Assembly (NCBI GenBank): GCA_046563655.1 | Contig: CM102287.1 | Location: 186,001 to 250,000 of the forward strand | Source: Yuukianura sp. NJ FZ-2021 | Taxonomy: Eukaryota | DNA: 64,000 nt | Direction: 5' to 3' | Shown: positions 19,886 through 34,800 of the stretch, piece after piece | How the letters are laid out: every line of letters begins with the position of its first letter | How positions within the stretch are numbered: the stretch's first letter is position 1 | Program-made: the position numbers and the translations under genes | The notes under the pieces: generated by a model | Told to the model about the DNA's origin: nothing | What the model saw: the letters and a program-made list of their open reading frames with translations, nothing else | The model's database searches: none

Positions 19886-22800
19886 CAGAGCAATTTAACC
19901 ACCTTCAAAATTCTAGAAAAACTGCCTTTCTAAATACCCAACTTTGAAAGTGTACTCACATCAATTTCAAGTCGGTGAATCCGAATTTGCAATTAGATTT
20001 CACCGGAAATCCATATTTCTCGAGATACAGCCATTTTGTGAATTTGCAGAGCAATTTAACCCCCTTCAAAATTCTAGAAAAACTACCTTTCTAAATACCC
20101 AACTTTGAAAGTGTAATCACATCAATTTCAAGTCGGTGAATCCGAATTTGCAATTAGATTTCACCGGAAATCCATATTTCTCGAGATACAGCCATTTTGT
20201 GAATTTGCAGAGCAATTTAACCCCTTCAAAATTCTAGAAAAACTACCTTTCTAAATACCCACCTTTGAAAGTGTACTCACATCAATTTCAAGTCGGTGAA
20301 TCCGAATTTGCAATTAGATTTCACCGGCAAATCCATATTTCTCGAGATACAGCCATTTTGTGAATTTGCAGAGCAATTTAACCACCTTCAAAATTCTAGA
20401 AAAACTACCTTTCTAAATACCCAACTTTGAAAGTGTACTCACATCAATTTCAAGTCGGTGAATCCGAATTTGCAATTAGATTTCACCGGAAATCCATATT
20501 TCTCGAGATACAGCCATTTTGTGAATTTGCAGAGCAATTTAACCCCCTTCAAAATTCTAGAAAAACTACCTTTCTAAATACCCAACTTTGAAAGTGTAAT
20601 CACATCAATTTCAAGTCGGTGAATCCGAATTTGCAATTAGATTTCACCGGAAATCCATATTTCTCGAGATACAGCCATTTTGTGAATTTGCAGAGCAATT
20701 TAACCCCCTTCAAAATTCTAGAAAAACTACCTTTCTAAATACCCACCTTTGAAAGTGTACTCACATCAATTTCAAGTCGGTGAATCCGAATTTGCAATTA
20801 GATTTCACCGGAAATCCATATTTCTCGAGATACAGCCATTTTGTGAATTTGCAGAGCAATTTAACCACCTTCAAAATTCTAGAAAAACTGCCTTTCTAAA
20901 TACCCAACTTTGAAAGTGTACTCACATCAATTTCAAGTCGGTGAATCCGAATTTGCAATTAGATTTCACCGGAAATCCATATTTCTCGAGATACAGCCAT
21001 TTTGTGAATTTGCAGAGCAATTTAACCCCTTCAAAATTCTAGAAAAACTACCTTTCTAAATACCCAACTTTGAAAGTGTAATCACATCAATTTCAAGTCG
21101 GTGAATCCGAATTTGCAATTAGATTTCACCGGAAATCCATATTTCTCGAGATACAGCCATTTTGTGAATTTGCAGAGCAATTTAACCACCTTCAAAATTC
21201 TATAAAAACTGTCTTTCTAAATACCCAACTTTGAAAGTATACTCACATCAATTTCAAGTCGGTGAATCCGAATTTGCAATTAGATTTCACCGGAAATCCA
21301 TATTTCTCGAGATACAGCCATTTTGTGAATTTGCAGAGCAATTTAACCCCCTACAAAATTCTAGAAAAACACCTTTCTAAATACCCAACTTTGAAAGTGT
21401 GATCACATCAATTTCAAGTCGGTGAATCCGAATTTGCAATTAGATTTCACCGGAAATCCATATTTCTCGAGATACAGCCATTTTGTGAATTTGCAGAGCA
21501 ATTTAACCACCTTCAAAATTCTATAAAAACTGTCTTTCTAAATACCCAACTTTGAAAGTATACTCACATCAATTTCAAGTCGGTGAATCCGAATTTGCAA
21601 TTAGATTTCACCGGAAATCCATATTTCTCGAGATACAGCCATTTTGTGAATTTGCGGAGCAATTTAACCCCCTTCAAAATTCTAGAAAAACACCTTTCTA
21701 AATACCCAACTTTGAAAGTGTAATCACATCAATTTCAAGTCGGTGAATCCGAATTTGCAATTAGATTTCACCGGAAATCCATATTTCTCGAGATACAGCC
21801 ATTTTGTGAATTTGCAGAGCAATTTAACCCCTTCAAAATTCTAGAAAAACACCTTTCTAAATACCCAACTTTGAAAGTGTAATCACATCAATTTCAAGTC
21901 GGTGAATCCGAATTTGCAATTAGATTTCACCGGAAATCCATATTTCTCGAGATACAGCCATTTTGTGAATTTGCAGAGCAATTTAACCCCCTTCAAAATT
22001 CTAGAAAAACTACCTTTCTAAATACCCAACTTTGAAAGTATACTCACATCAATTTCAAGTCGGTGAATCCGAATTTGCAATTAGATTTCACCGGAAATCC
22101 ATATTTCTCGAGATACAGCCATTTTGTGAATTTGCAGAGCAATTTAACCCCTTCAAAATTCTAGAAAAACACCTTTCTAAATACCAACCTTTGAAAGTGT
22201 ACTCACATCAATTTCAAGTCGGTGAATCCGAATTTGCAATCAGATTTCACCGGAAATCCATATTTCTCGAGATACCGCCATTTTGTGAATTTGCAGAGCA
22301 ACTTAACCACCTTCAAAATTCTATAAAAACTGTCTTTCTAAATACCCAACTTTGAAAGTATACTCACATCAATTTCAAGTCGGTGAATCCGAATTTGCAA
22401 TTAGATTTCACCGGAAATCCATATTTCTCGAGATACAGCCATTTTGTGAATTTGCAGAGCAATTTAAAACCCTTCAAAATTCTAGAAAAACACCTTTCTA
22501 AATACCCAACCTTTGAAAGTGTACTCACATCAATTTCAAGTCGGTGAATCCGAATTTGCAATTAGATTTCACCGGAAATCCATATTTCTCGAGATACAGC
22601 CATTTTGTGAATTTGCAGAGCAATTTAACCCCATTCAAAATTCTAGAAAAACACCTTTCTAAATACCCAACTTTGAAAGTGTAATCACATCAATTTCAAG
22701 TCGGTGAATCCGAATTTGCAATTAGATTTCACCGGAAATCCATATTTCTCGAGATACAGCCATTTTGTGAATTTGCAGAGCAATTTAACCCCCTTCAAAA

Positions 22801-25800
22801 TTCTAGAAAAACACCTTTCTAAATACCCAACCTTTGAAAGTGTAATCACATCAATTTCAAGTCGGTGAATCCGAATTTGCAATTAGATTTCACCGGAAAT
22901 CCATATTTCTCGAGATACAGCCATTTTGTGAATTTGCAGAGCAATTTAACCCCTTCAAAATTCTAGAAAAACACCTTTCTAAATACCCAACCTTTGAAAG
23001 TGTAATCACATCAATTTCAAGTCGGTGAATCCGAATTTGCAATTAGATTTCACCGGAAATCCATATTTCTCGAGATACAGCCATTTTGTGAATTTGCAGA
23101 GCAATTTAACCCCTTCAAAATTCTAGAAAAACTACCTTTCTAAATACCCAACTTTGAAAGTATACTCACATCAATTTCAAGTCGGTGAATCCGAATTTGC
23201 AATTAGATTTCACCGGAAATCCATATTTCTCGAGATACAGCCATTTTGTGAATTTGCAGAGCAATTTAACCCCTTCAAAATTCTAGAAAAACACCTTTCT
23301 AAATACCCACCTTTGAAAGTGTACTCACATCAATTTCAAGTCGGTGAATCCGAATTTGCAATTAGATTTCACCGGAAATCCATATTTCTCGAGATACAGC
23401 CATTTTGTGAATTTGCAGAGCAACTTAACCCCCTTCAAAATTCTAGAAAAACTACCTTTCTAAATACCCAACTTTGAAAGTATACTCACATCAATTTCAA
23501 GTCGGTGAATCCGAATTTGCAATTAGATTTCACCGGAAATCCATATTTCTCGAGATACAGCCATTTTGTGAATTTGCAGAGCAATTTAACCCCTTCAAAA
23601 TTCTAGAAAAACACCTTTCTAAATACCCAACTTTGAAAGTGTACTCACATCAATTTCAAGTCGGTGAATCCGAATTTGCAATTAGATTTCACCGGAAATC
23701 CATATTTCTCGAGATACAGCCATTTTGTGAATTTGCAGAGCAATTTAACCACCTTCAAAATTCTAGAAAAACTATCTTTCTAAATACCCAACTTTGAAAG
23801 TATACTCACATCAATTTCAAGTCGGTGAATCCGAATTTGCAATTAGATTTCACCGGAAATCCATATTTCTCGAGATACAGCCATTTTGTGAATTTGCAGA
23901 GCAATTTAACCCCTTCAAAATTCTAGAAAAACACCTTTCTAAATACCCAACCTTTGAAAGTGTAATCACATCAATTTCAAGTCGGTGAATCCGAATTTGC
24001 AATTAGATTTCACCGGAAATCCATATTTCTCGAGATACAGCCATTTTGTGAATTTGCAGAGCAATTTAACCCCTTCAAAATTCTAGAAAAACTGCCTTTC
24101 TAAATACCAACCTTTGAAAGTGTACTCACATCAATTTCAAGTCGGTGAATCCGAATTTGCAATTAGATTTCACCGGAAATCCATATTTCTCGAGATACAG
24201 CCATTTTGTGAATTTGCAGAGCAATTTAACCCCCTTCAAATTCTAGAAAAACTGCCTTTCTAAACGTCAACCTTTGAAAGTGTACTCACATCAATTTCAA
24301 GTCGGTGAATCCGAATTTGCAATTAGATTTCACCGGAAATCCATATTTCTCGAGATACAGCCATTTTGTGAATTTGCAGAGCAATTTAACCCCCTTCAAA
24401 ATTCTAGAAAAACTGCCTTTCTAAATACCAACCTTTGAAAGTGTACTCACATCAATTTCAAGTCGGTGAATCCGAATTTGCAATTAGATTTCACCGGAAA
24501 TCCATATTTCTCGAGATACAGCCATTTTGTGAATTTGCAGAGCAATTTAACCCACTTCAAAATTCTAGAAAAACTACCTTTCTAAATACCCAACTTTGAA
24601 AGTGTACTCACATCAATTTCAAGTCGGTGAATCCGAATTTGCAATTAGATTTCACCGGAAATCCATATTTCTCGAGATACAGCCATTTTGTGAATTTGCA
24701 GACCAATTTTACGCCATACAAATTCTAGAAAAACTGCATTTCTAAATGTGCAACTTTGAAAGTGTACTCACATCAATTTCAAGTCGGTGAATCCGAATTT
24801 GCAATTAGATTTCACCGGAAATCCATATTTCTCGAGATACAGCCATTTTGTGAATTTGCAGACCAATTTAACCCCCTTCAAAATTCTAGAAAAACTACCT
24901 TTCTAAATACCCACCTTTGAAAGTGTACTCACATCAATTTCAAGTCGGTGAATCCGAATTTGCAATTAGATTTCACCGGAAATCCATATTTCTCGAGATA
25001 CAGCCATTTTGTGAATTTGCAGAGCAATTTAACCCCATACAAAATTCTAGAAAAACTGCCTTTCTAAATGTCCACCTTTGAAAGTGTACTCACATCAATT
25101 TCAAGTCGGTGAATCCGAATTTGCAATTAGATTTCACCGGAAATCCATATTTCTCGAGATACAGCCATTTTGTGAATTTGCGGAGCAATTTAACCCTTTA
25201 CAAAATTCTAGAAAAACTACCTTTCTAAATACCCACCTTTGAAAGTGTACTCACATCAATTTCAAGTCGGTGAATCCGAATTTGCAATTAGATTTCACCG
25301 GAAATCCATATTTCTCGAGATACAGCCATTTTGTGAATTTGCAGAGCAATTTAACCCACTTCAAAATTCTAGAAAAACTACCTTTCTAAATACCCAACCT
25401 TTGAAAGTGTGCTCACATCAATTTCAAGTCGGTGAATCCGAATTTGCAATTAGATTTCACCGGAAATCCATATTTCTCGAGATACAGCCATTTTGTGAAT
25501 TTGCAGAGCAATTTAACCCCTTCAAAATTCTAGAAATACTGCCTTTCTAAACGTCAACCTTTGAAAGTGTACTCACATCAATTTCAAGTCGGTGAATCCG
25601 AATTTGCAATTAGATTTCACCGGAAATCCATATTTCTCGAGATACAGCCATTTTGTGAATTTGCAGAGCAATTTAACCCCCTTCAAAATTCTAGAAAAAC
25701 TACCTTTCTAAATACCCAACTTTGAAAGTGTACTCACATCAATTTCAAGTCGGTGAATCCGAATTTGCAATTAGATTTCACCGGAAATCCATATTTCTCG

Positions 25801-28800
25801 AGATACAGCCATTTTGTGAATTTGCAGAGCAATTTAACCCCTTCAAAATTCTAGAAAAACTGCCTTTCTAAATACCAACCTTTGAAAGTGTACTCACATC
25901 AATTTCAAGTCGGTGAATCCGAATTTGCAATTAGATTTCACCGGAAATCCATATTTCTCGAGATACAGCCATTTTGTGAATTTGCAGAGCAATTTAACCC
26001 CTTCAAAATTCTAGAAAAACTACCTTTCTAAATACCCAACTTTGAAAGTGTACTCACATCAATTTCAAGTCGGTGAATCCGAATTTGCAATTAGATTTCA
26101 CCGGAAATCCATATTTCTCGAGATACAGCCATTTTGTGAATTTGCAGAGCAAGTTTACGCCATACAAATTCTAGAAAAACTACCTTTCTAAATACCCAAC
26201 TTTGAAAGTATACTCACATCAATTTCAAGTCGGTGAATCCGAATTTGCAATTAGATTTCACCGGAAATCCATATTTCTCGAGATACAGCCATTTTGTGAA
26301 TTTGCAGAGCAATTTAACCCCCTTCAAAATTCTAGAAAAACTAACTTTCTAAATACCCAACTTTGAAAGTGTACTCACATCAATTTCAAGTCGGTGAAAC
26401 CGAATTTGCAATTAGATTTCACCGGAAATCCATATTTCTCGAGATACAGCCATTTTGTGAATTTGCAGGGCAATTTTTCCCCTTACAAAATTCTAGAAAA
26501 ACTACCTTTCTAAATGTCCACCTTTGAAAGTATACTCACATCAATTTCAAGTCGGTGAATCCGAATTTGCAATTAGATTTCACCGGAAATCCATATTTCT
26601 CGAGATACAGCCATTTTGTGAATTTGCAGAGCAATTACCCCCCTTCAAAATTCTAGAAAAACTACCTTTCTAAATACCCAACTTTGAAAGTATACTCACA
26701 TCAATTTCAAGTCGGTGAATCCGAATTTGCAATTAGATTTCACCGGAAATCCATATTTCTCGAGATACAGCCATTTTGTGAATTTGCAGAGCAATTTAAC
26801 CCCTTCAAAATTCTAGAAAAACTACCTTTCTAAATACCCAACTTTGAAAGTGTACTCACATCAATTTCAAGTCGGTGAATCCGAATTTGCAATTAGATTT
26901 CACCGGAAATCCATATTTCTCGAGATACAGCCATTTTGTGAATTTGCAGAGCAATTTAACCACCTTCAAAATTCTAGAAAAACTGCCTTTCTAAATACCC
27001 AACTTTGAAAGTGTACTCACATCAATTTCAAGTCGGTGAATCCGAATTTGCAATTAGATTTCACCGGAAATCCATATTTCTCGAGATACAGCCATTTTGT
27101 GAATTTGCAGAGCAATTTAACCCCCTTCAAAATTCTAGAAAAACTACCTTTCTAAATACCCAACTTTGAAAGTGTACTCACATCAATTTCAAGTCGGTGA
27201 ATCCGAATTTGCAATTAGATTTCACCGGAAATCCATATTTCTCGAGATACAGCCATTTTGTGAATTTGCAGAGCAAGTTTACGCCATACAAATTCTAGAA
27301 AAACTGCCTTTCTAAATACCCAACTTTGAAAGTGTACTCACATCAATTTCAAGTCGGTGAATCCGAATTTGCAATTAGATTTCACCGGAAATCCATATTT
27401 CTCGAGATACAGCCATTTTGTGAATTTGCAGAGCAATTTAACCACCTTCAAAATTCTATAAAAACTGTCTTTCTAAATACCCAACTTTGAAAGTATACTC
27501 ACATCAATTTCAAGTCGGTGAATCCGAATTTGCAATTAGATTTCACCGGAAATCCATATTTCTCGAGATACAGCCATTTTGTGAATTTGCAGAGCAATTT
27601 AACCCCTTACAAAATTCTAGAAAAACACCTTTCTAAATACCCAACTTTGAAAGTGTACTCACATCAATTTCAAGTCGGTGAATCCGAATTTGCAATTAGA
27701 TTTCACCGGAAATCCATATTTCTCGAGATACAGCCATTTTGTGAATTTGCAGAGCAATTTAACCCACTTCAAAATTCTAGAAAAACTACCTTTCTAAATA
27801 CCCAACTTTGAAAGTATACTCACATCAATTTCAAGTCGGTGAATCCGAATTTGCAATTAGATTTCACCGGAAATCCATATTTCTCGAGATACAGCCATTT
27901 TGTGAATTTGCAGAGCAATTTAACCCCTTCAAAATTCTAGAAAAACTACCTTTCTAAATACCCACCTTTGAAAGTGTACTCACATCAATTTCAAGTCGGT
28001 GAATCCGAATTTGCAATTAGATTTCACCGGAAATCCATATTTCTCGAGATACAGCCATTTTGTGAATTTGCAGAGCAATTTAACCCCCTTCAAAATTCTA
28101 GAAAAACTACCTTTCTAAATACCCAACTTTGAAAGTATACTCACATCAATTTCAAGTCGGTGAATCCGAATTTGCAATTAGATTTCACCGGAAATCCATA
28201 TTTCTCGAGATACAGCCATTTTGTGAATTTGCAGAGCAATTTAACCACCTTCAAAATTCTAGAAAAACTATCTTTCTAAATACCCAACTTTGAAAGTTTA
28301 CTCACATCAATTTCAAGTCGGTGAATCCGAATTTGCAATTAGATTTCACCGGAAATCCATATTTCTCGAGATACAGCCATTTTGTGAATTTGCAGAGCAA
28401 TTTTTCCCATTACAAAATTCTAGAAAAACTGCATTTCTAAATACCCAACTTTGAAAGTGTACTCACATCAATTTCAAGTCGGTGAATCCGAATTTGCAAT
28501 TAGATTTCACCGGAAATCCATATTTCTCGAGATACAGCCATTTTGTGAATTTGCAGAGCAATTTATCCCCCTTCAAAATTCTAGAAAAACTGTCTTTCTA
28601 AATACCCACCTTTGAAAGTATACTCACATCAATTTCAAGTCGGTGAATCCGAATTTGCAATTAGATTTCACCGGAAATCCATATTTCTCGAGATACAGCC
28701 ATTTTGTGAATTTGCAGAGCAATTTAACCCCCTTCAAAATTCTAGAAAAACTACCTTTCTAAATACCCACCTTTGAAAGTGTACTCACATCAATTTCAAG

Positions 28801-31800
28801 TCGGTGAATCCGAATTTGCAATTAGATTTCACCGGAAATCCATATTTCTCGAGATACAGCCATTTTGTGAATTTGCAGAGCAATTTAACCCCCTTCAAAA
28901 TTCTAGAAAAACTACCTTTCTAAATACCCAACTTTGAAAGTGTACTCACATCAATTTCAAGTCGGTGAATCCGAATTTGCAATTAGATTTCACCGGAAAT
29001 CCATATTTCTCGAGATACAGCCATTTTGTGAATTTGCAGAGCAATTTAACCACCTTCAAAATTCTATAAAAACTGTCTTTCTAAATACCCAACTTTGAAA
29101 GTGTACTCACATCAATTTCAAGTCGGTGAATCCGAATTTGCAATTAGATTTCACCGGAAATCCATATTTCTCGAGATACAGCCATTTTGTGAATTTGCAG
29201 AGCAATTTAACCCCTTCAAAATTCTAGAAAAACACCTTTCTAAATACCCAACTTTGAAAGTGTACTCACATCAATTTCAAGTCGGTGAATCCGAATTTGC
29301 AATTAGATTTCACCGGAAATCCATATTTCTCGAGATACAGCCATTTTGTGAATTTGCAGAGAAATTTTTCCCCTTACAAAATTCTAGAAAAACTACCTTT
29401 CTAAATACCCAACTTTGAAAGTGTACTCACATCAATTTCAAGTCGGTGAATCCGAATTTGCAATTAGATTTCACCGGAAATCCATATTTCTCGAGATACA
29501 GCCATTTTGTGAATTTGCAGAGCAATTTAACCCCTTCAAAATTCTAGAAAAACTACCTTTCTAAATACCCAACTTTGAAAGTGTACTCACATCAATTTCA
29601 AGTCGGTGAATCCGAATTTGCAATTAGATTTCACCGGAAATCCATATTTCTCGAGATACAGCCATTTTGTGAATTTGCAGAGCAATTTAACCCCCTTCAA
29701 AATTCTAGAAAAACTACCTTTCTAAATACCCAACTTTGAAAGTGTAATCACATCAATTTCAAGTCGGTGAATCCGAATTTGCAATTAGATTTCACCGGAA
29801 ATCCATATTTCTCGAGATACAGCCATTTTGTGAATTTGCAGAGCAATTTAACCCACTTCAAAATTCTAGAAAAACTACCTTTCTAAATACCCAACTTTGA
29901 AAGTGTACTCACATCAATTTCAAGTCGGTGAATCCGAATTTGCAATTAGATTTCACCGGAAATCCATATTTCTCGAGATACAGCCATTTTGTGAATTTGC
30001 AGAGCAATTTTTCCCTTTACAAAATTCTAGAAAAACTACCTTTCTAAATCTCCAACTTTGAAAGTGTACTCACATCAATTTCAAGTCGGTGAATCCGAAT
30101 TTGCAATTAGATTTCACCGGAAATCCATATTTCTCGAGATACAGCCATTTTGTGAATTTGCAGAGCAATTTAACCCCGTTCAAAATTCTAGAAAAACTAC
30201 CTTTCTAAATACCCACCTTTGAAAGTGTACTCACATCAATTTCAAGTCGGTGAATCCGAATTTGCAATCAGATTTCACCGGAAATCCATATTTCTCGAGA
30301 TACCGCCATTTTGTGAATTTGCAGAGCAACTTAACCACCTTCAAAATTCTATAAAAACTGTCTTTCTAAATACCCAACTTTGAAAGTATACTCACATCAA
30401 TTTCAAGTCGGTGAATCCGAATTTGCAATTAGATTTCACCGGAAATCCATATTTCTCGAGATACAGCCATTTTGTGAATTTGCAGAGCAATTTAACCCCT
30501 TCAAAATTCTAGAAAAACTGCCTGTCTAAATACCCAACTTTGAAAGTGTAATCACATCAATTTCAAGTCGGTGAATCCGAATTTGCAATTAGATTTCACC
30601 GGAAATCCATATTTCTCGAGATACAGCCATTTTGTGAATTTGCAGAGCAATTTAACCCCTTCAAAATTCTAGAAAAACTACCTTTCTAAATACCCAACTT
30701 TGAAAGTGTAATCACATCAATTTCAAGTCGGTGAATCCGAATTTGCAATTAGATTTCACCGGAAATCCATATTTCTCGAGATACAGCCATTTTGTGAATT
30801 TGCAGAGCAATTTAACCCCTTCAAAATTCTAGAAAAACTACCTTTCTAAATACCCAACTTTGAAAGTGTAATCACATCAATTTCAAGTCGGTGAATCCGA
30901 ATTTGCAATTAGATTTCACCGGAAATCCATATTTCTCGAGATACAGCCATTTTGTGAATTTGCGGAGCAATTTAACCCCTACAAAATTCTAGAAAAACTA
31001 CCTTTCTAAATACCCAACTTTGAAAGTGTAATCACATCAATTTCAAGTCGGTGAATCCGAATTTGCAATTAGATTTCACCGGAAATCCATATTTCTCGAG
31101 ATACAGCCATTTTGTGAATTTGCAGAGCAATTTTTCCCCTCACAAAATTCTAGAAAAACTACCTTTCTAAATACCCAACTTTGAAAGTGTACTCACATCA
31201 ATTTCAAGTCGGTGAATCCGAATTTGCAATTAGATTTCACCGGAAATCCATATTTCTCGAGATACAGCCATTTTGTGAATTTGCAGAGCAATTTAACGCT
31301 CTTCAAAATTCTAAAAAAAATTACTTTTCTAAATACCCACCTTTGAAAGTGTACTCACATCAATTTCAAGTCGGTGAATCCGAATTTGCAATTAGATTTC
31401 ACCGGCAAATCCATATTTCTCGAGATACAGCCATTTTGTGAATTTGCAGATCAATTTTTCCGCTTACAAAATTCTAGAAAAACTACCTTTCTAAATGTCC
31501 ACCTTTGAAAGTGTACTCACATCAATTTCAAGTCGGTGAATCCGAATTTGCAATTAGATTTCACCGGAAATCCATATTTCTCGAGATACAGCCATTTTGT
31601 GAATTTGCGGAGCAATTTAACCCCCTTCAAAATTCTAGAAAAACTACCTTTCTAAATGTCCACCTTTGAAAGTGTACTCACATCAATTTCAAGTCGGTGA
31701 ATCCGAATTTGCAATTAGATTTCACCGGAAATCCATATTTCTCGAGATACAGCCATTTTGTGAATTTGCAGAGCAATTTAACCCCCTTCAAAATTCTAGA

Positions 31801-34800
31801 AAAACTACATTTCTAAATGTCCAACTTTGAAAGTGTACTCACATCAATTTCAAGTCGGTGAATCCGAATTTGCAATTAGATTTCACCGGAAATCCATATT
31901 TCTCGAGATACAGCCATTTTGTGAATTTGCAGAGCAATTTAACCACCTTCAAAATTCTAGAAAAACTACCTTTCTAAATACCCAACTTTGAAAGTGTACT
32001 CACATCAATTTCAAGTCGGTGAATCCGAATTTGCAATTAGATTTCACCGGAAATCCATATTTCTCGAGATACAGCCATTTTGTGAATTTGCAGAGCAATT
32101 TAACCCCCTTCAAAATTCTAGAAAAACTACCTTTCTAAATACCAACCTTTGAAAGTGTACTCACATCAATTTCAAGTCGGTGAATCCGAATTTGCAATTA
32201 GATTTCACCGGAAATCCATATTTCTCGAGATACAGCCATTTTGTGAATTTGCAGAGCAATTTTACCCCTTCAAAATTCTAGAAAAACTACCTTTCTAAAT
32301 GTCCACCTTTGAAAGTGTACTCACATCAATTTCAAGTCGGTGAATCCGAATTTGCAATTAGATTTCACCGGAAATCCATATTTCTCGAGATACAGCCATT
32401 TTGTGAATTTGCAGAGCAATTTAACCACCTTCAAAATTCTAGAAAAACACCTTTCTAAATACCCAACTTTGAAAGTGTAATCACATCAATTTCAAGTCGG
32501 TGAATCCGAATTTGCAATTAGATTTCACCGGAAATCCATATTTCTCGAGATACAGCCATTTTGTGAATTTGCAGAGCAATTTAACCCCCTTCAAAATTCT
32601 AGAAAAACTACCTTTCTAAATACCCAACTTTGAAAGTGTACTCACATCAATTTCAAGTCGGTGAATCCGAATTTGCAATTAGATTTCACCGGAAATCCAT
32701 ATTTCTCGAGATACAGCCATTTTGTGAATTTGCAGAGCAATTTAACCCCTTCAAAATTCTAGAAAAACTACCTTTCTAAATACCCAACTTTGAAAGTGTA
32801 ATCACATCAATTTCAAGTCGGTGAATCCGAATTTGCAATTAGATTTCACCGGAAATCCATATTTCTCGAGATACAGCCATTTTGTGAATTTGCAGAGCAA
32901 TTTAACCCCTTCAAAATTCTAGAAAAACTACCTTTCTAAATACCCACCTTTGAAAGTGTACTCACATCAATTTCAAGTCGGTGAATCCGAATTTGCAATT
33001 AGATTTCACCGGAAATCCATATTTCTCGAGATACAGCCATTTTGTGAATTTGCAGAGCAATTTAACCCCTTCAAAATTCTAGAAAAACACCTTTCTAAAT
33101 ACCCAACCTTTGAAAGTGTACTCACATCAATTTCAAGTCGGTGAATCCGAATTTGCAATTAGATTTCACCGGAAATCCATATTTCTCGAGATACAGCCAT
33201 TTTGTGAATTTGCAGAGCAATTTAACCCCATTCAAAATTCTAGAAAAACTACCTTTCTAAATACCCAACTTTGAAAGTGTACTCACATCAATTTCAAGTC
33301 GGTGAATCCGAATTTGCAATTAGATTTCACCGGAAATCCATATTTCTCGAGATACAGCCATTTTGTGAATTTGCAGAGCAATTTAACCCCTTCAAAATTC
33401 TAGAAAAACTACCTTTCTAAATACCCAACTTTGAAAGTGTAATCACATCAATTTCAAGTCGGTGAATCCGAATTTGCAATTAGATTTCACCGGAAATCCA
33501 TATTTCTCGAGATACAGCCATTTTGTGAATTTGCAGAGCAATTTTTCCCCATACAAAATTCTAGAAAAACTACCTTTCTAAATGTCCACCTTTGAAAGTG
33601 TACTCACATCAATTTCAAGTCGGTGAATCCGAATTTGCAATTAGATTTCACCGGAAATCCATATTTCTCGAGATACAGCCATTTTGTGAATTTGCAGAGC
33701 AATTTAACCCCCTTCAAAATTCTAAAAAAAATTACTTTTCTAAATACCCACCTTTGAAAGTGTACTCACATCAATTTCAAGTCGGTGAATCCGAATTTGC
33801 AATTAGATTTCACCGGAAATCCATATTTCTCGAGATACAGCCATTTTGTGAATTTGCAGAGCAATTTAACCCAATTCAAAATTCTAGAAAAACACCTTTC
33901 TAAATACCCAACTTTGAAAGTGTAATCACATCAATTTCAAGTCGGTGAATCCGAATTTGCAATTAGATTTCACCGGAAATCCATATTTCTCGAGATACAG
34001 CCATTTTGTGAATTTGCAGAGCAATTTAACCCCCTTCAAAATTCTAGAAAAACTACCTTTCTAAATACCCAACTTTGAAAGTGTACTCACATCAATTTCA
34101 AGTCGGTGAATCCGAATTTGCAATTAGATTTCACCGGAAATCCATATTTCTCGAGATACAGCCATTTTGTGAATTTGCAGAGCAATTTAACCCCTTCAAA
34201 ATTCTAGAAAAACTACCTTTCTAAATACCCAACTTTGAAAGTGTAATCACATCAATTTCAAGTCGGTGAATCCGAATTTGCAATTAGATTTCACCGGAAA
34301 TCCATATTTCTCGAGATACAGCCATTTTGTGAATTTGCAGAGCAATTTAACCCCCTTCAAAATTCTAGAAAAACTGCATTTCTAAATACCCAACTTTGAA
34401 AGTGTACTCACATCAATTTCAAGTCGGTGAATCCGAATTTGCAATTAGATTTCACCGGAAATCCATATTTCTCGAGATACAGCCATTTTGTGAATTTGCA
34501 GACCAATTTAACCCCTTCAAAATTCTAGAAAAACTACCTTTCTAAATACCCAACTTTGAAAGTGTAATCACATCAATTTCAAGTCGGTGAATCCGAATTT
34601 GCAATTAGATTTCACCGGAAATCCATATTTCTCGAGATACAGCCATTTTGTGAATTTGCAGAGCAATTTAACCCCTTCAAAATTCTAGAAAAACTACCTT
34701 TCTAAATACCCAACTTTGAAAGTGTAATCACATCAATTTCAAGTCGGTGAATCCGAATTTGCAATTAGATTTCACCGGAAATCCATATTTCTCGAGATAC

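Noticed and set aside
19669..19933. Direct junction between satellites A and B, and ORFs across it
   Set aside because: The two satellites are separated by a 100-N gap, so adjacency, distance and orientation are unverified.
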